A DNA stretch of 63,668 nt, filler included, from Olpidium bornovanus S191 (GCA_017911155.1; 27 parts of 27 records of this genome joined end to end with filler, not necessarily neighbours in it); one strand, 5' to 3'. Shown: positions 13,768 to 25,770, counted from the first letter of the whole stretch. The notes: generated by a model from the sequence alone, not told the origin. Translations and numbers: made by a program.

Positions 13768-14452
13768 TTTTGTTCACTATTCTCGCGGACGATCAAAAGA
13801 CTAGCAACCACGTTTAGAGGGCGCGGTGTGTGCCGTGCACGTTCGCGTGTGCACGCTTTGCGCGGCGTTTTGAGACAGGCCGCGAAAGCGCGCTTCGTGG
13901 GGCGTTGAACCGGGAACGACGGTCCGGTCGGCAAACGGAAGAAAGGACCCGTGCGGAGCAAGTTCGGGCTTCCCCCTTTCCCCGGGCCCCCCCCCCCCCC
14001 TCCCTTTTCCGCCACTGCGAGGGATTTGTGGGAGGGGGACGGACGCGGGCGGGCAACGGGGCGAGTCGACGGCGGCGAGCCGGGGAAGGTGGACCGGGGC
14101 GGCGGCGGGGCTATCGGGCGGTCTCAGCGACGACGCGCAGGCGTGACGGGAAAACGCGAACGGGCGGTGGAGCACAGGTTGCAGAACGCACTGCGCACAA
14201 GAGCACGTCGCAGAGTGCATTCAGTACCGGTCGCAAGCGACAAGAACTCAAAAATCTGCTGATAATTCGGCGTCCGCAGCGTATCGGCCCGCGCGGCCGC
14301 GATAGAGAGAAAAAGAGAGAGAGAGTGTGTGTGAGAGAGAACAGCGTGAGGCTCGCGCGGGGACGCTCTCCTCGGCGCCTCACGCCCGCGGAGTGACTAA
14401 TCGAGAGGTTTTGAAAAAAAAACCTCCCCGCAGCCGCAGGCGCCAGGGTTAC

Positions 14453-14537
14453 CCGCTCTTAGCTCAGTTGGTAGTAGCGTGCGACTGTAGTTCCTTCTGT
14501 CATCGCACGGTCCCTGGTTCGAATCCGGGAGAGCGGA
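14453..14537 (+). tRNA. tRNA-Tyr(GTA) with an 11-nt intron (14491-14501)
   Basis: Acceptor stem CCGCTCT/AGAGCGG. Anticodon stem TGCGA/TCGCA around CT-GTA-G[intron]A. T-arm CCTGG-TTCGAAT-CCGGG. Confidence 0.95.
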
Positions 14538-14865
14538 TATGAAATCATTTTCGAGAGTTTTCTGCTTTTTAATTTTTTTTCTTTACTTTTTCTATTTCTT
14601 TTTTTTTTTTTTTTTTTCTTTCCCTCCGCCCGCCGCGGAAAAGAGCTGGGAGAGAGCGAGAGAGAGAAAGGAGAGAGAGCGACGGGAGTTAAAGAAAAAA
14701 CCGAGGAGGGAAAAGGCGCCCCCCCGCGCTTTCCGCTCTCTTTCGCGGATACTCATGGAACGGCGGCAGCAGCCAGACGCGGCCTCCCGCCGACTCCTGC
14801 TGGAGGAGGAGCATCTGGCTCTCCGAGGTAAAAACGAAAGGGAGAAAAGGAGCGAGAGAGAAACG

Positions 14866-14917
<52 letters not shown>

Positions 14918-15087
14918 CCGGAAAAGCCCACCACACCGGGGGGCGACGGCCCCGCGGGGAAAAAAAAAGGGTTATCCCTTCCCCGGANNNNNNNNNNNNN
15001 NNNNNNNNNNNNNNNNNNNNNNNNNNNNNNNTTAATTAATTAANNNNNNNNNNNNNNNNNNNNNNNNNNNNNNNNNNNNNNNNNNNN

Positions 15088-15976
15088 GAAACTGATTGTC
15101 GTCAGGCTGCTGATTATGCGCACTCGAAGGCGCATATATGGGGCGACGAGGGTTGTACTCCGCATGACCGGCACCCGGTTCACCCAGACCGAGCGGCGGG
15201 GCTCTGCCAAAGCCAACAGCCAAGCCGCCCGTGTCCCCATGAGGGCTCCGGCGCCGATGACCGAGTTGCGAGAGTATTCCCGATGCGTTGTCGCGGGCGA
15301 GATCGGCTTTAGCGGCTTCATCGATGTCGACTGCGTGGATCTCGTCGTTTTCCCAGCCTGCGGGGTAAGTGGGCGCTTGATGCTGACGTGGAACGGCAGG
15401 CTGCCGATGGTTGGCGGGAGGAGCAAGGCGAGCAGGGTGATTAAGCGGTGCATGAACTTGCTGCGCGGCTTCGAGAGCTGCGAGGCGTCCCATAAGTGCT
15501 TGGATCTGCGCGGCGCTCCCCTGTTTCTGAGCCTCGTTGGCCTGCTGCTGCGCCTCGAGGGCTCCCTGGTGCTGGCGTTCCAAGCGGTCTTGTTCGTACT
15601 CGTAGCGCCGATGGACGTAGGCGAGTGCTGCATTATGCTGATGGCGTTCGAGGTCAGCAGCGGCCTTTGGAGCCGGTAAGAAACCCCCTACGACGCGTTT
15701 TTCGTCGTCGAAAACTTCACCGCCGGCCATGGCAGCCTCCACGGGGTTGGTAGCGATGGTTTCCAAGGTGGGAACGGTGAGGAAAGCGCTAGCATTGCTG
15801 CCGGTGGCCTTGGTGTCGGCGTCGTCGCCGCGTTTTGCCGCTCGGTGTGCTGCGCGTTGTCCTCGTTCGGTTTCCGGCTTTTCGGCCTGAATGCTGCTTC
15901 CCGGAGCCGTGAACGTCGGTACCGCAGGCGGAGGAGGCCTCCGTTTCTTGCCTGGCGGCGGCGTACGGCTGGTCAT
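15088..15976 (-). CDS. Intronless ORF with a coiled-coil region, possibly retroelement gag-like; 3' end lost at the contig edge
   Basis: Long open frame from ATG 15976 (the ORF track starts at a GTG at 16054). Coiled-coil stretch QDRLERQHQGALEAQQQ...IQALMGRLAALE. No diagnostic domain recognised. Confidence 0.35.
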
Positions 15977-16262
15977 GGCTGCTGAGATCGGTTTTATGCA
16001 CTGTGCTGGTCCACGCGCGGCGCCGAACAGCGGTGGTTCTCTCTCGGTGGTCACCCGCTACTCTCCTTGCTTCAGCAGGTTCTCCCTCGTCGGGAGGTGC
16101 TCTGACGATGTCGAAATCGGCGTGTTTGATATGGAAGCGGTGGAGACGATGGTTCANNNNNNNNNNNNNNNNNNNNNNNNNNNNNNNNNNNNNNNNNNNN
16201 TTAATTAATTAANNNNNNNNNNNNNNNNNNNNNNNNNNNNNNNNNNNNNNNNNNNNGCATTG

Positions 16263-16548
16263 GTTGGGGTGGTGCCGGTTTTGGACAAAAACCACACGTT
16301 CTCGGCGACCTGTGCGCTAATTTAAGTTCCGTAACTCGGAGACGGTGCCCAGGATGTCGGTCATCCCTGTGCCATGTTTCGTCGGGATTCGATTGGGTAT
16401 TCGTTCAGTTGGGGTGGTGCCGGTTTTGGACAAAAACCACACGTTCTCGGCGACCTGTGCGCTAATCTAAGTTCCGTAACTCGGAGACGGTGCCCAGGAT
16501 GTCGGCCATACCTGTGCCAAGTTTCGTCGGGATTCGATTGGGTATTCG
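16263..16548. repeat. Two tandem copies of a 145-bp unit
   Basis: GTTGGGGTGGTGCCGGTTTTGGAC...GATTGGGTATTCG starts at 16263 and 16408 and the copies are nearly identical. Confidence 0.92.
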
Positions 16549-16659
16549 CTTGCGACCGAGGACCTCAAAATTCCAGGTTTCGCCAGGTTTTCTGTTCCCA
16601 GAGACCGAATTAATACGATTTCTTCTCCGAACGGTTGCCGGCCGTCCAACGGCCACTTG

Positions 16660-16915
16660 TGTTGAATAGCGCTCGTTGGAAGCTTTTGTTTGATATATGT
16701 TTTGCGGGGATCGGGTGCCGGGGAACCGAGCTATGGCGGTGGGTCGCGCAGCCGAAGTAAGGTGAGGGGCTCAGAAATTAATTCCCTTTAATCACGTGAC
16801 TCTCCAAAGACTTTCTCTCCTTCGTAGGCGCACCCCACACGTCCCCCTCGTTATCAATCCTCGTCAGAGCTTCGAGCAGCACAATAAATAATTTCTTCAA
16901 ACAGGTTATGAGCCC
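16660..16915 (+). mobile_element. Candidate copia 5' LTR ending at 16903, with PBS 16904-16915
   Basis: ...TTCAAACA-GGTTATGAGCCC. The LTR start TGTTGAA at 16660 is tentative. Confidence 0.6.
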
Positions 16916-17424
16916 AAAGGCATAGAACGGCAAGGATCAGCTGAGCCCTTCGTAGCCCAGGAGCGCACCAGGAGAGATAGAAACCCCTCTCTGCTCGCGC
17001 TTCCCGCTGCAACGGCGCTCTTTCCTTCGTCTGAGTCGTTGTGCTTTTCACTGCACACGTTCCCTTTTTCCTTCGATAAGCCTACATTCTCTCTGTTCTT
17101 TGACAGAACAGCGCGTTAACCCAACCAAGAGGCCGTCGATGCGGGTCGTCTTCAAAGAAAACTCCTCTTTTGACAACAGGATCGAACCCAGTCGCCGCGT
17201 AAACCCTTTGGTACTGGACGACCATGCCTGTTCTCGCACACAGCCGGTCGCGCGTAGGCGGTCGTCGCTCTTCTGCGCAAACTGTGATGCCCGGCGCACT
17301 GCCATCGACGACCGCAACAAGAGATAGTGAACGTGACGCCCCGGTGCGGAGCCGCGGGCCGTCGTCCGTCGCAGCGCGAAACCGCGGGTCGCCCTTCTTT
17401 TGCAGTTGACAGTGCTAGGACCTT

Positions 17425-17551
17425 GGGCTCATAACCTGTTCGGTATTCTGCTTTGTTTATTACTACGTTTGGAGAGAAGGGAGGGAGAGCGCGGGTGGGG
17501 AGCGGGGGTACCTCGGGGAGGCTACCAGGCGGCGGGGACCGCAACTCAACA
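17425..17551 (-). mobile_element. Copia PBS (17425-17436) plus candidate LTR (17437 to about 17551)
   Basis: Plus strand GGGCTCATAACC-TGTTCGG... The far end AACTCAACA is the same motif that ends the LTR at 54520-54620. Confidence 0.6.
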
Positions 17552-17574
17552 CAACAACACAACGACGGCAGCAT

Positions 17575-17730
17575 GGTTATTCTCACCCAACTGCAGCAAC
17601 TTCCTTGGCAAAGTCCAAAATGGATTTGCCGGCAGCAAGTTGACAAAGCTTGATTTTCATTGGTGCAGCGGGTTATTCTCACCCAACTGCAGCAACTTCC
17701 TTGACCAAGTCTAAAATGGATTTGCCGGCA
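17575..17730. repeat. Tandem duplication with a 96-bp period
   Basis: GGTTATTCTCACCCAACTGCAGCAACTTCCTTG...ATGGATTTGCCGGCAGCA at 17575 and 17671. Confidence 0.88.
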
Positions 17731-18360
17731 GCAGTTGTTCGGAAAGACCGGGTGACAAACCTTGATTTTAATCGGTGAGACAAAAAGCAATTGCCAATTT
17801 CCTGGCATTTTATTGGTCAGCACCACGTTACTGCCAACTGACCCTAACAGGTGCATCTAAAAACCCGCGGTTCGGGTCTGCCGCGCCAATTTGGATATTA
17901 AATGACACGATATTTTTTCCTTTAATTCTTTTTGTTCCGAGAATCTCCGGAAATTTTTGTCTCTGGATCCCCACATCCTGAAAACACACTGTATCACGTG
18001 CATTATTTCACAGTGCGTCAAATGCCAGGCAGAATTTTAGGAAAACAGGGCGGGCGTCGAAGGGGCGTGGAGGTTCTCCTTCGGTAACACTTGTACAATT
18101 GCTCGCACATTGGCAAACCTTCCCCCTTGACCCCTCAAAAGCCAAAACCCCGCACGCGCGCGAATGCGCCCAATTACTCTTCCTCCGGTTGAACGAATCC
18201 CAGACATACTCCAAAAACTTCGAGCGAATGCAAAGGTTTCGTTTACTACGTACTGGAAGGGGGCCCCCGCACGCCCTACCCCACGTGGCCGTGGGAGCAC
18301 CCGCTACCCCTTTCCTCCCAATGCTCTCCCTTTCCCTTCCCCCCCCCCCCCCCCCCCGCG

Positions 18361-18403
<43 letters not shown>

Positions 18404-18505
18404 NNNNNNNNNNNNNNNNNNNNNNNNNNNNNNNNNNNNNNNNNNNNTTAATTAATTAANNNNNNNNNNNNNNNNNNNNNNNNNNNNNNNNNNNNNNNNN
18501 NNNAA

Positions 18506-18536
<31 letters not shown>

Positions 18537-18545
18537 GGAGGAGGG

Positions 18546-18579
<34 letters not shown>

Positions 18580-18776
18580 AAAAAGAAAAGAAAAAAAAAC
18601 CTGAGAGTGAGGTCCCGAGCACGCCCCTCCAGCCGGAGGCAGGCCGAGGCTGCCGCAGCTAACGCACTTTCCCACCAACGCTCTTCTCTTTTTTATTTGC
18701 CGCAGAAACAACTGCGCGGGCAGCGGGCGAGCCGGTTAAAAAAAGAAAAAGAAAACCCCTCGCAACGCCAAGAGAA

Positions 18777-20197
18777 ATGGAAGGAGAAAACCCGATCGTG
18801 TTTTTTGACATCTCCATAGGCGGCCAGCCGGCGGGGAGAATGAAAATGGAACTGGTGCGTGTGCGTGCGTGTGACGAAAAGAGGACTCGCCTCCTGGACT
18901 AGCGTGGCTTTTTCTTGTGTGTTTACGCGGAAGCCAAAAGCCACCGTGAATTTTCTTTTCCAAAACGGCCGCTCGCCCGTATGTATGTTTTTTCTGATAT
19001 TATCCCTCTCGTCTTATTTCTTCACTTTCGCCGCGCCAGTTTGCAGACGTCGTGCCGAAAACGGCGGAAAATTTCCGACAGTTCTGCACGGGCGAGTACA
19101 AGTGGGTCGCGCTGGCCGATGGCGGGGGGAAGGGGGGGGGTCGACGGGTGGCGGCGTTTCAAACCAAATGTCACGCGACGCTGACGACGGGCGGCTGGTG
19201 CCGGCGGCATACTTTTTTTGCGGTCTTCGGCCTGTCTCCCGAACAGGAAGGACAAAGTTCCGCAGGGGTTCAAGAACAGCACGTTTCACCGGTACGGGGG
19301 CTCGGCTTTGGAGAGGGAAAAGGGGCCGGTCAGTAAAGATGCGTCGGTCGCCTTAAATTGAACGGTGGGCGTGTAATTGTTTATTACAGAGTGATCAAGG
19401 ATTTCATGGTGCAAGGCGGGGACTTCGTTAAGGTTTGTCGCTGCCGAAGGGGCGACAGCCCTTGCGAGGCGCCCCGAAAAGACGAGTTCAAGACCAGGGG
19501 GAGGTAACCCGAGCGTTTACCTTTTGTTGCTTCGCGAACATCCAAAAGGGCGACGGCACGGGGTCTATGAACATCTACGGGCCCGAAAAGTTTCCGGACG
19601 AAAACTTCATCCTCAAGCATTCCGGGCCGGGGTTGCTGTCGATGGTGAGGAAGGAGCCGGTGTTTGTTTTTTTTTTCTTTTTTCTTGCTTGTTATCGCGT
19701 GACACGACAGTGGGACGTAAAAAGCTGCCGGGTACGGTGCTTCTTCCGTCTTGACCCTCCCGACCCTCCCTCTTTCCCGCCGTTTTTTTCCCCCGTGAAC
19801 AAGGCGAACAGCAGACCGAACACCAACGGATGCCAGGTAGGTTAATACCATTATTTTTTCCGCGCGGCCGCCGATGGTCTGTGTGAGGGGGAGGGGGGGG
19901 GTGGGGTGGTGTGGAGGAGGAGAATCATTCTCTAAAAAACCGGATTTTTCTTCACTGTTTTTTTTGACGTGCCGCGCGCACCCACGACACGCTCGCTGTC
20001 GTCAACTCCGCCCATCCCGTCCCCACCGCAAGTTTTTCATCACGTGTGCAAAGTGTGACTTCCTGGACGGGAAACACGTTGTCTTTGGCAAGCTGATAGA
20101 CGGCCTGCTCACTCTAAGAAAGATTGAGAACGTCCCGATAGGCCAAGAAAACCGGCCGAAACTGCCCGTCACGATTACAGAGTGTGGCCAATATTAA
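18777..20197 (+). CDS. PPIH: Cyclophilin H (U4/U6 snRNP peptidyl-prolyl isomerase), seven exons
   Basis: [80 protein letters not shown]...[46 protein letters not shown]...ECGQY. Very close to the PPIH family. Confidence 0.96.
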
Positions 20198-20655
20198 ATC
20201 TCGGAAAGGTTTTTTCGTAGATTTGTGTTCTGGTTTCCCAACTGTGGCGAAATGATGTGCTGGAGAGAGAGACAGAGAGAGAGAGTGCGAAAACGCGCGC
20301 AGTCTCACCTTCGCGAACGAAAAGGCGACGGGTCACCGACATCGCGCTAAAGCTGTCGTGGTTGTGCGGATATCGCCCAAGATACGTGTGTAGGCACACA
20401 AACGGCGTCCCGGCAACTGCGCAGTGCGTTGACGGGGCGCACATAATGACGGAAAGCCACGTGCCTCACCAGGCTACCCACTCCAGTCGGTGTGCTCGGC
20501 TCTTAGTCACGTGACTATCCATGTCACAAGGCGCACCGTCAACGGTGTCCGTGTGTCTCCGTGTGTTTCGCGCGCACCAGTGCTCAGAGATGCCCAGCCA
20601 CGTGATTGGTAGAATCCAGGGGGGACGCACACCAAGCGCCCCACATGGGGATTCG

Positions 20656-20862
20656 CCACTCAATATATGGCTACACGCCCATGTTAGAATCCCACGAGTG
20701 TTTTTTCCTGAGCATTGTCACCTGATCTCGCTCACGCGTCTGACAATAAAAAACAACAGCCACTCAATATATGGCTACACGCCCATGTTAGAGTCCCACG
20801 AGTGTCTTTTCCTAAGCATTGTCACCTGACCTTGCTCACGCGTCTGACAATAAAAAACAACA
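20656..20862. repeat. Two tandem 104-bp units, each holding a 77-bp TGTT...AACA segment
   Basis: Units start at 20656 and 20760. TGTTAG...AACAACA segments at 20682-20758 and 20786-20862. Confidence 0.9.
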
Positions 20863-21049
20863 GGGGGGCTCATCTATGTGACATACTAAGGTTCAACGGC
20901 GGGCNNNNNNNNNNNNNNNNNNNNNNNNNNNNNNNNNNNNNNNNNNNNTTAATTAATTAANNNNNNNNNNNNNNNNNNNNNNNNNNNNNNNNNNNNNNNN
21001 NNNNACAACAAAGTAAGATAGAAGAAAGGGGAAAGGGGGCGAATCGGAA

Positions 21050-21958
21050 GGGAACGCGGCAGAAGTAGAAATATCATCGTGGTTCTCCGGTTGAAACTCG
21101 GGCGTCCGTAGGGCGTAATGGCATGGCTCACCGCGAACTGGTAAGAAACCGAGGTGGCGGAGTTGTGCATCGAGGTCGAGGTTCCAGCAGCGGGCGGACT
21201 GGCGTACCCCATAGTGATTTTCGAAGGAGAAGGACATGATCGGGGCGGGTCACCTCAAAGCCCTCTACTTGTTTCATGTGGACGGGCTTATCAACAGGGA
21301 AGTTGAGGTATGCCGTGACGAAGTCGGCCGTCGGGATAGCCCAGCCGGACGAGGCGGCGATGGCGAAGAGGAAGCGCAAGGCCGGAAAGGTAATCACCGG
21401 GGACCAGGTTTTGTCGAAACCGATACCGGGACGTTGAGAGTATCCTTTCGCTACGTATCTTTCTTTGTATTTGTCGACAGCGCCATCGGCGTGTAGTTTG
21501 AGTTTGTGCACCCAAACGCCCTAAATGAGGCGAGCATTGGGAGGGCGAGGGATTAGTTCGAAAACGTTGTTCGTGAGGAAAAAACCATATTCCTGTTGCA
21601 TGGCGTCCTTCCAATGCTGGGCGCCGTGACGCGAGATTGACGGGTACTGCGGGAAAGTCTCTGGCTCATACCTCATGGAATGGTGCGGGCGCGGCGGCGC
21701 CTTCGGGAGATGGCTGTGCGAGGCGAGGCGCGCGGATGGTGGCGCGACAGCGGGGCGCGCGGATGGTGAGCTTCGGGCTTCGGGCAGGGTAGCCGCCAGA
21801 GGCGCAGAGGCGTGACGGCGGGGCGCGACGGTGGGGCGCGCGGAGGGCCGATGGGCAGTTCCGAGTTGGGCTCATGGCCTGTTATTTTCGGCTTGTTTTG
21901 CATTATTGCCGGGACGGGTTCTCGTTTGGTGAATCACAGGCGCAATTGCTATTTAACA
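21050..21958 (-). mobile_element. Internally deleted Ty1/copia element: LTR 21880-21958, variant PBS 21868-21879, degraded reverse transcriptase
   Basis: RT motifs HWKDAMQQE, WVHKLK..DG.VDKYKERYVAKGYSQRPG, ADFVTAYLN, LRKSL.G..QSARCW. In-frame TAG at 21521-21523 and a frameshift. LTR termini TGTTA/TAACA. Confidence 0.9.
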
Positions 21959-22467
21959 TTTCCCTCGCGTGCAAATTTGAGAGCAGAGCGTGGGGCCGAT
22001 GACGGGGAAGACAAAAAGCAAGGCAGGGGAGTTGGAGAACGGTTGCCATGGTAACCACCCCCGAAGTCGCAAAACTCACCGGGCCCATCCGCTTCTCCGG
22101 ATTTTGCCTCCGCGCCCGGCCGGAAGCCATGGAAGCCGGCATACGAACCGTCCCGCCGCTTAAAAGCCGTCGCCCAGGCAATTTCAATCCTCCGCAACCA
22201 GCGGACCCTTCCCCCCCCCCCCCCCTCCCCCCTACTCCGCCCTGTCGACGGCCCAAGGCCTGCAAAAATCCGATCTCCTCCCGCTCACCGAGGACTCATC
22301 GTCTTCGCCCCAGGTCCAGCCGAGCACCGTCTAACCAAACGCCGCCCCGACAAGCCACTTGAGAAAGCGGGGCGTTTGGAACAGCGCAACACCCTCCTCG
22401 CGGCCCCCTTCCCTCCCTTCTCGCTCCCGGGTTTGCGAGGGCGAGCCCTCGGTCGACTGATTTCATA

Positions 22468-22705
22468 ATGGGTTGCGGGGCGTCAAGAAACGTAGACATG
22501 GCCGTGGTCAAGACGGCCATCGAACGCCCTTCCTCGGAGCCGGCGCAAATTCAAGCCACGGCGGAGGAGAAGTTGCACGACGCAGGAACGGGCATGACCG
22601 CCGTTCACGATCGAGCGTCAGTCGCCGTCGCGGGCGTCGTCACGGCAAGTCAGTCCGCGGCCGGAAAGAATTTAGAGGACAAGGCAGCATCGTCGCAAGT
22701 CGCTG
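22468..22705 (+). CDS. First exon of an unidentified protein with an MGCxxS dual-acylation N-terminus
   Basis: ATG GGT TGC GGG GCG TCA (MGCGAS). The frame is open to a GTAAGT donor at 22706. Confidence 0.55.
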
Positions 22706-22982
22706 GTAAGTCTNNNNNNNNNNNNNNNNNNNNNNNNNNNNNNNNNNNNNNNNNNNNTTAATTAATTAANNNNNNNNNNNNNNNNNNNNNNNNNNNNNNN
22801 NNNNNNNNNNNNNAAGCTCCTAAAAAAGCCTGAGAGGTGCTGTCCGGGTCCCGACACGCCCCAGCCCAATAGCGCGTCCTATCCAATGAAGAATATCCAC
22901 CTGGCCTTGTCAATCGCGACTTTTTTTTTTCATGGGAGCAGACGTGAAAGCGGGAGCCCTGCTGAGCGCGCCGGGGGCGACG

Positions 22983-24094
22983 TCACATTCCGAGCATTTT
23001 CCTGAAGTCCTGGTTGGTCTTCGGCGTTAGGTCCCGCTCCCCTTCGCCTTGGGGCTTCGAGCTGCGCTTCGAAAAAGCGTTCGCAGCTTGGGGCGCACTT
23101 TTCGCGGCGGCCTTCTTCGGCGCAAATTTCGTTTTGGTGGCCTGCTGCTTCCCCGCCGCCGCCGCGGGGTCGTACGCCGCCACGCTGACCTTGCGGCCGT
23201 GCAGCGTCGCCCCGTCCTCGGCGAGCAGCGCCGCTTTCGCCGCCTCGGCGTCCGCGAACCGGACAATTGCCAGGCCGCGCGGCGTGCCGTCTGCGCGAGA
23301 CAGCAGCCGGATGTTCTCAACTGCGCCGTGCTTGTCGAAGGCGGAGTGTCGGGATTTGTAGAAGGGCGGGAGGCAAGTAAACGAGCGAGAGGCAGCGAGT
23401 CGGTTTATGCGACTCAAATGGCCTACCGCCTTCGTTCGCAACCGAAGTAACCAACCTTTTCGCACACCGCTTTCAACTCCTCCGCCGTTGTGCTGAAACT
23501 GAGACCGGAGAAAAACAGGGCCTGCGGGTCCGCACCCCTGCATGTCGGAAACGCGGAACGGCGAAATCAGCACGACCTTGGGGGTTCAGCAGAATTCGCC
23601 CGCTCTACCAGAGCTTACGGTGGTGCCTTCCGGGCCTTCCTCAGGCTTGGATTCGATATCGCCACAAAGAGATTCCACTGCGCGCCGAGGTTCATGCCGT
23701 CCAGTTGACAAGCGGCCTCCGCTTCGCGCTGGGCGCACAAAGCCCGTCAAATGTTGCGACTAAACGACTTGGAATCAAACAGCGTATGTTTTTAAGATAC
23801 CTCCTCTGCGAACTGCACATAAGCGAACCGTTTATGGTGGGAGCCAGTCGCCGGGAGGCGCACCCGTTCGATCGTGCCGAACTATATTCAGGCCCAGAGA
23901 ACGTCCAGTCAGAGTGCCATACCAACAATCAGGGGGCAACGGTTTCCAGCCACGCAAACAGGCCATATCGCGGACAAGCAAAAGACGCTCCAAGAAAACG
24001 ACATGCAGAAATCACAACGAACGTCTTTGAACAGTTCGGTCAGCTCCTGCTCGCTATACCCCTCGGGAAAATTGCAGACGTAGGCTGTCCTCAT
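22983..24094 (-). CDS. PRP24: Prp24/SART3 U6 recycling factor, 3' part
   Basis: Successive RRMs (YVCNFPEGYSEQELTELF; FGTIERVRLP...RFAYVQF; FDKHGAVENIRL...RGLAIVRF). C-terminal LSm-interaction motif KTNQDFRKML. Confidence 0.88.
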
Positions 24095-24223
24095 ATCGCC
24101 CTCGTCGCGACCACTTTCGACCNNNNNNNNNNNNNNNNNNNNNNNNNNNNNNNNNNNNNNNNNNNNTTAATTAATTAANNNNNNNNNNNNNNNNNNNNNN
24201 NNNNNNNNNNNNNNNNNNNNNNG

Positions 24224-24267
<44 letters not shown>

Positions 24268-24366
24268 AAACGCGCTAATTAAATTCGCCCAAGGAGACGC
24301 CGTTCGCCCCTGTCCCGAGAGAGAGACAGATTTTTTTAGGGACAGCCAGAGAGAGAGAGAGGCCGC

Positions 24367-25670
24367 ATGCGCCGGCCAGTCGTCGATGAAGAGTCGCTCG
24401 CCGACGATTGCGGCGGCGGCGCCGACGACTTCGACGACGAAAACGATGGTGCTACGGCGGGGAAGAGGAGAAAGCGGCGGGAAAGTGGGCCCGGAAGCCC
24501 TCGCGACGGGAGGCCGGCCGGAAGGGGGAGGAGGAGGAAGATCCCGGTGACGGCGAAACCGCCGCCGCTGCCGCCCGGACGAGCCGGCGGAGTCAGGCCG
24601 GCGCCGGAAGGCGCAAAACTCCGGTCGGCTTCGACGCTGGCGTCCAGCATCACCCGGACCGTCATCCGCCGCTTCCACGTCCTGAACAAAGAGCTGACGA
24701 AGGCGCACGCCGCCCGGGACCCGGACAGGGCGGCGACGCTGGAAAGCGAGAAGCGCGCTCTGGGTGGCCTCGAGGTGTACCAGAAAGCCTCGCTCGCCGG
24801 TCAGTCGAAACGCCGTGGCGGAGACACCAGCAGGTGGCTGGTCGCGGAACTGAAAAAGCTTGGGGTTGACAAGGTTCGGACAGTAATAATAAAAAAAAGA
24901 AGAGGTCGGGAAGGGGCGGTTTTATGAATTTTTCCGTCCTCAAACTGCGGAGACCTGACTTTTGCCGAAAAAAAGGGACGCGAAAAGCCGATGCGCCTGC
25001 TTGAAGTAGGTGCGCTGTCTTCCGTCAACTACGCGAAGGAAAGCTCGTGGATAGCCGTGACGTCCATAGACCTGGACAACACGCACGACGTTAACGTCAT
25101 AAAGGCGGACTTCATGGAGTACGCCGCTCCGGACTCTGAAAGCGGTCTTTACGACGTTCTTTCGCTCAGTCTGGTTGTCAACTTCGTGGGCGACCCCGTC
25201 GACCGGTAAGCAACAAGGCTCGTCTGCCCGACTGCTGCCGGGCTCGGCGATTGTCGTTTCTGCGTATGCAGGGGACCCGCTGTCTGGGGGATCGCGTATT
25301 GGGCTGATGCTTGGGTTGTCCTTTTTGTTTCCGTCCCTTGTCCTGTTTGTTTCCGTCCCTTCTCCTCCTCGCCACGCTTCCCGACAGCGGGAAAATGCTG
25401 TCGAGAACCCGCCTTTTCATCCGCCCGCCGCCTTCCGCCTCTTCGACCTCGGGTGTCCTTCCTGCCGGCTTTTCATACGTTTTCCTCGTTCTCCCTCTTC
25501 CTTGCGTCGCAAACTCTCGATACATGACGAACGATCATCTCCTGCGTGTCATGGCGCACCTGGGTTTCGAAAACGCGGCGTCGCACTGCTCTCCACGCCT
25601 GGCGTACTACCTGTTTCGGTACGTTCGGGCCGAGGAAGGGGAAAGAGCGAAGCCGCGGCAGAAGAGGATC
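24367..25670 (+). CDS. BMT2: 25S rRNA adenine-N1 methyltransferase Bmt2, 3' end truncated
   Basis: TRTVIRRFH.L, LGGLEVYQKAS..GQS..RGGDTSRWL, LLEVGAL, FME...YDVLSLSLVVNFV, FLVLPLPCVANSRY. Confidence 0.93.
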
Positions 25671-25770
25671 NNNNNNNNNNNNNNNNNNNNNNNNNNNNNN
25701 NNNNNNNNNNNNNNTTAATTAATTAANNNNNNNNNNNNNNNNNNNNNNNNNNNNNNNNNNNNNNNNNNNN

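Noticed and set aside
16099-16110. TCGTCAGAGC after ...CGACA upstream of the 15088-15976 ORF, also seen at 16861, as a possible PBS
   Set aside because: It does not start with TGG and I could not match it to a tRNA end or a self-priming LTR, so support is insufficient.
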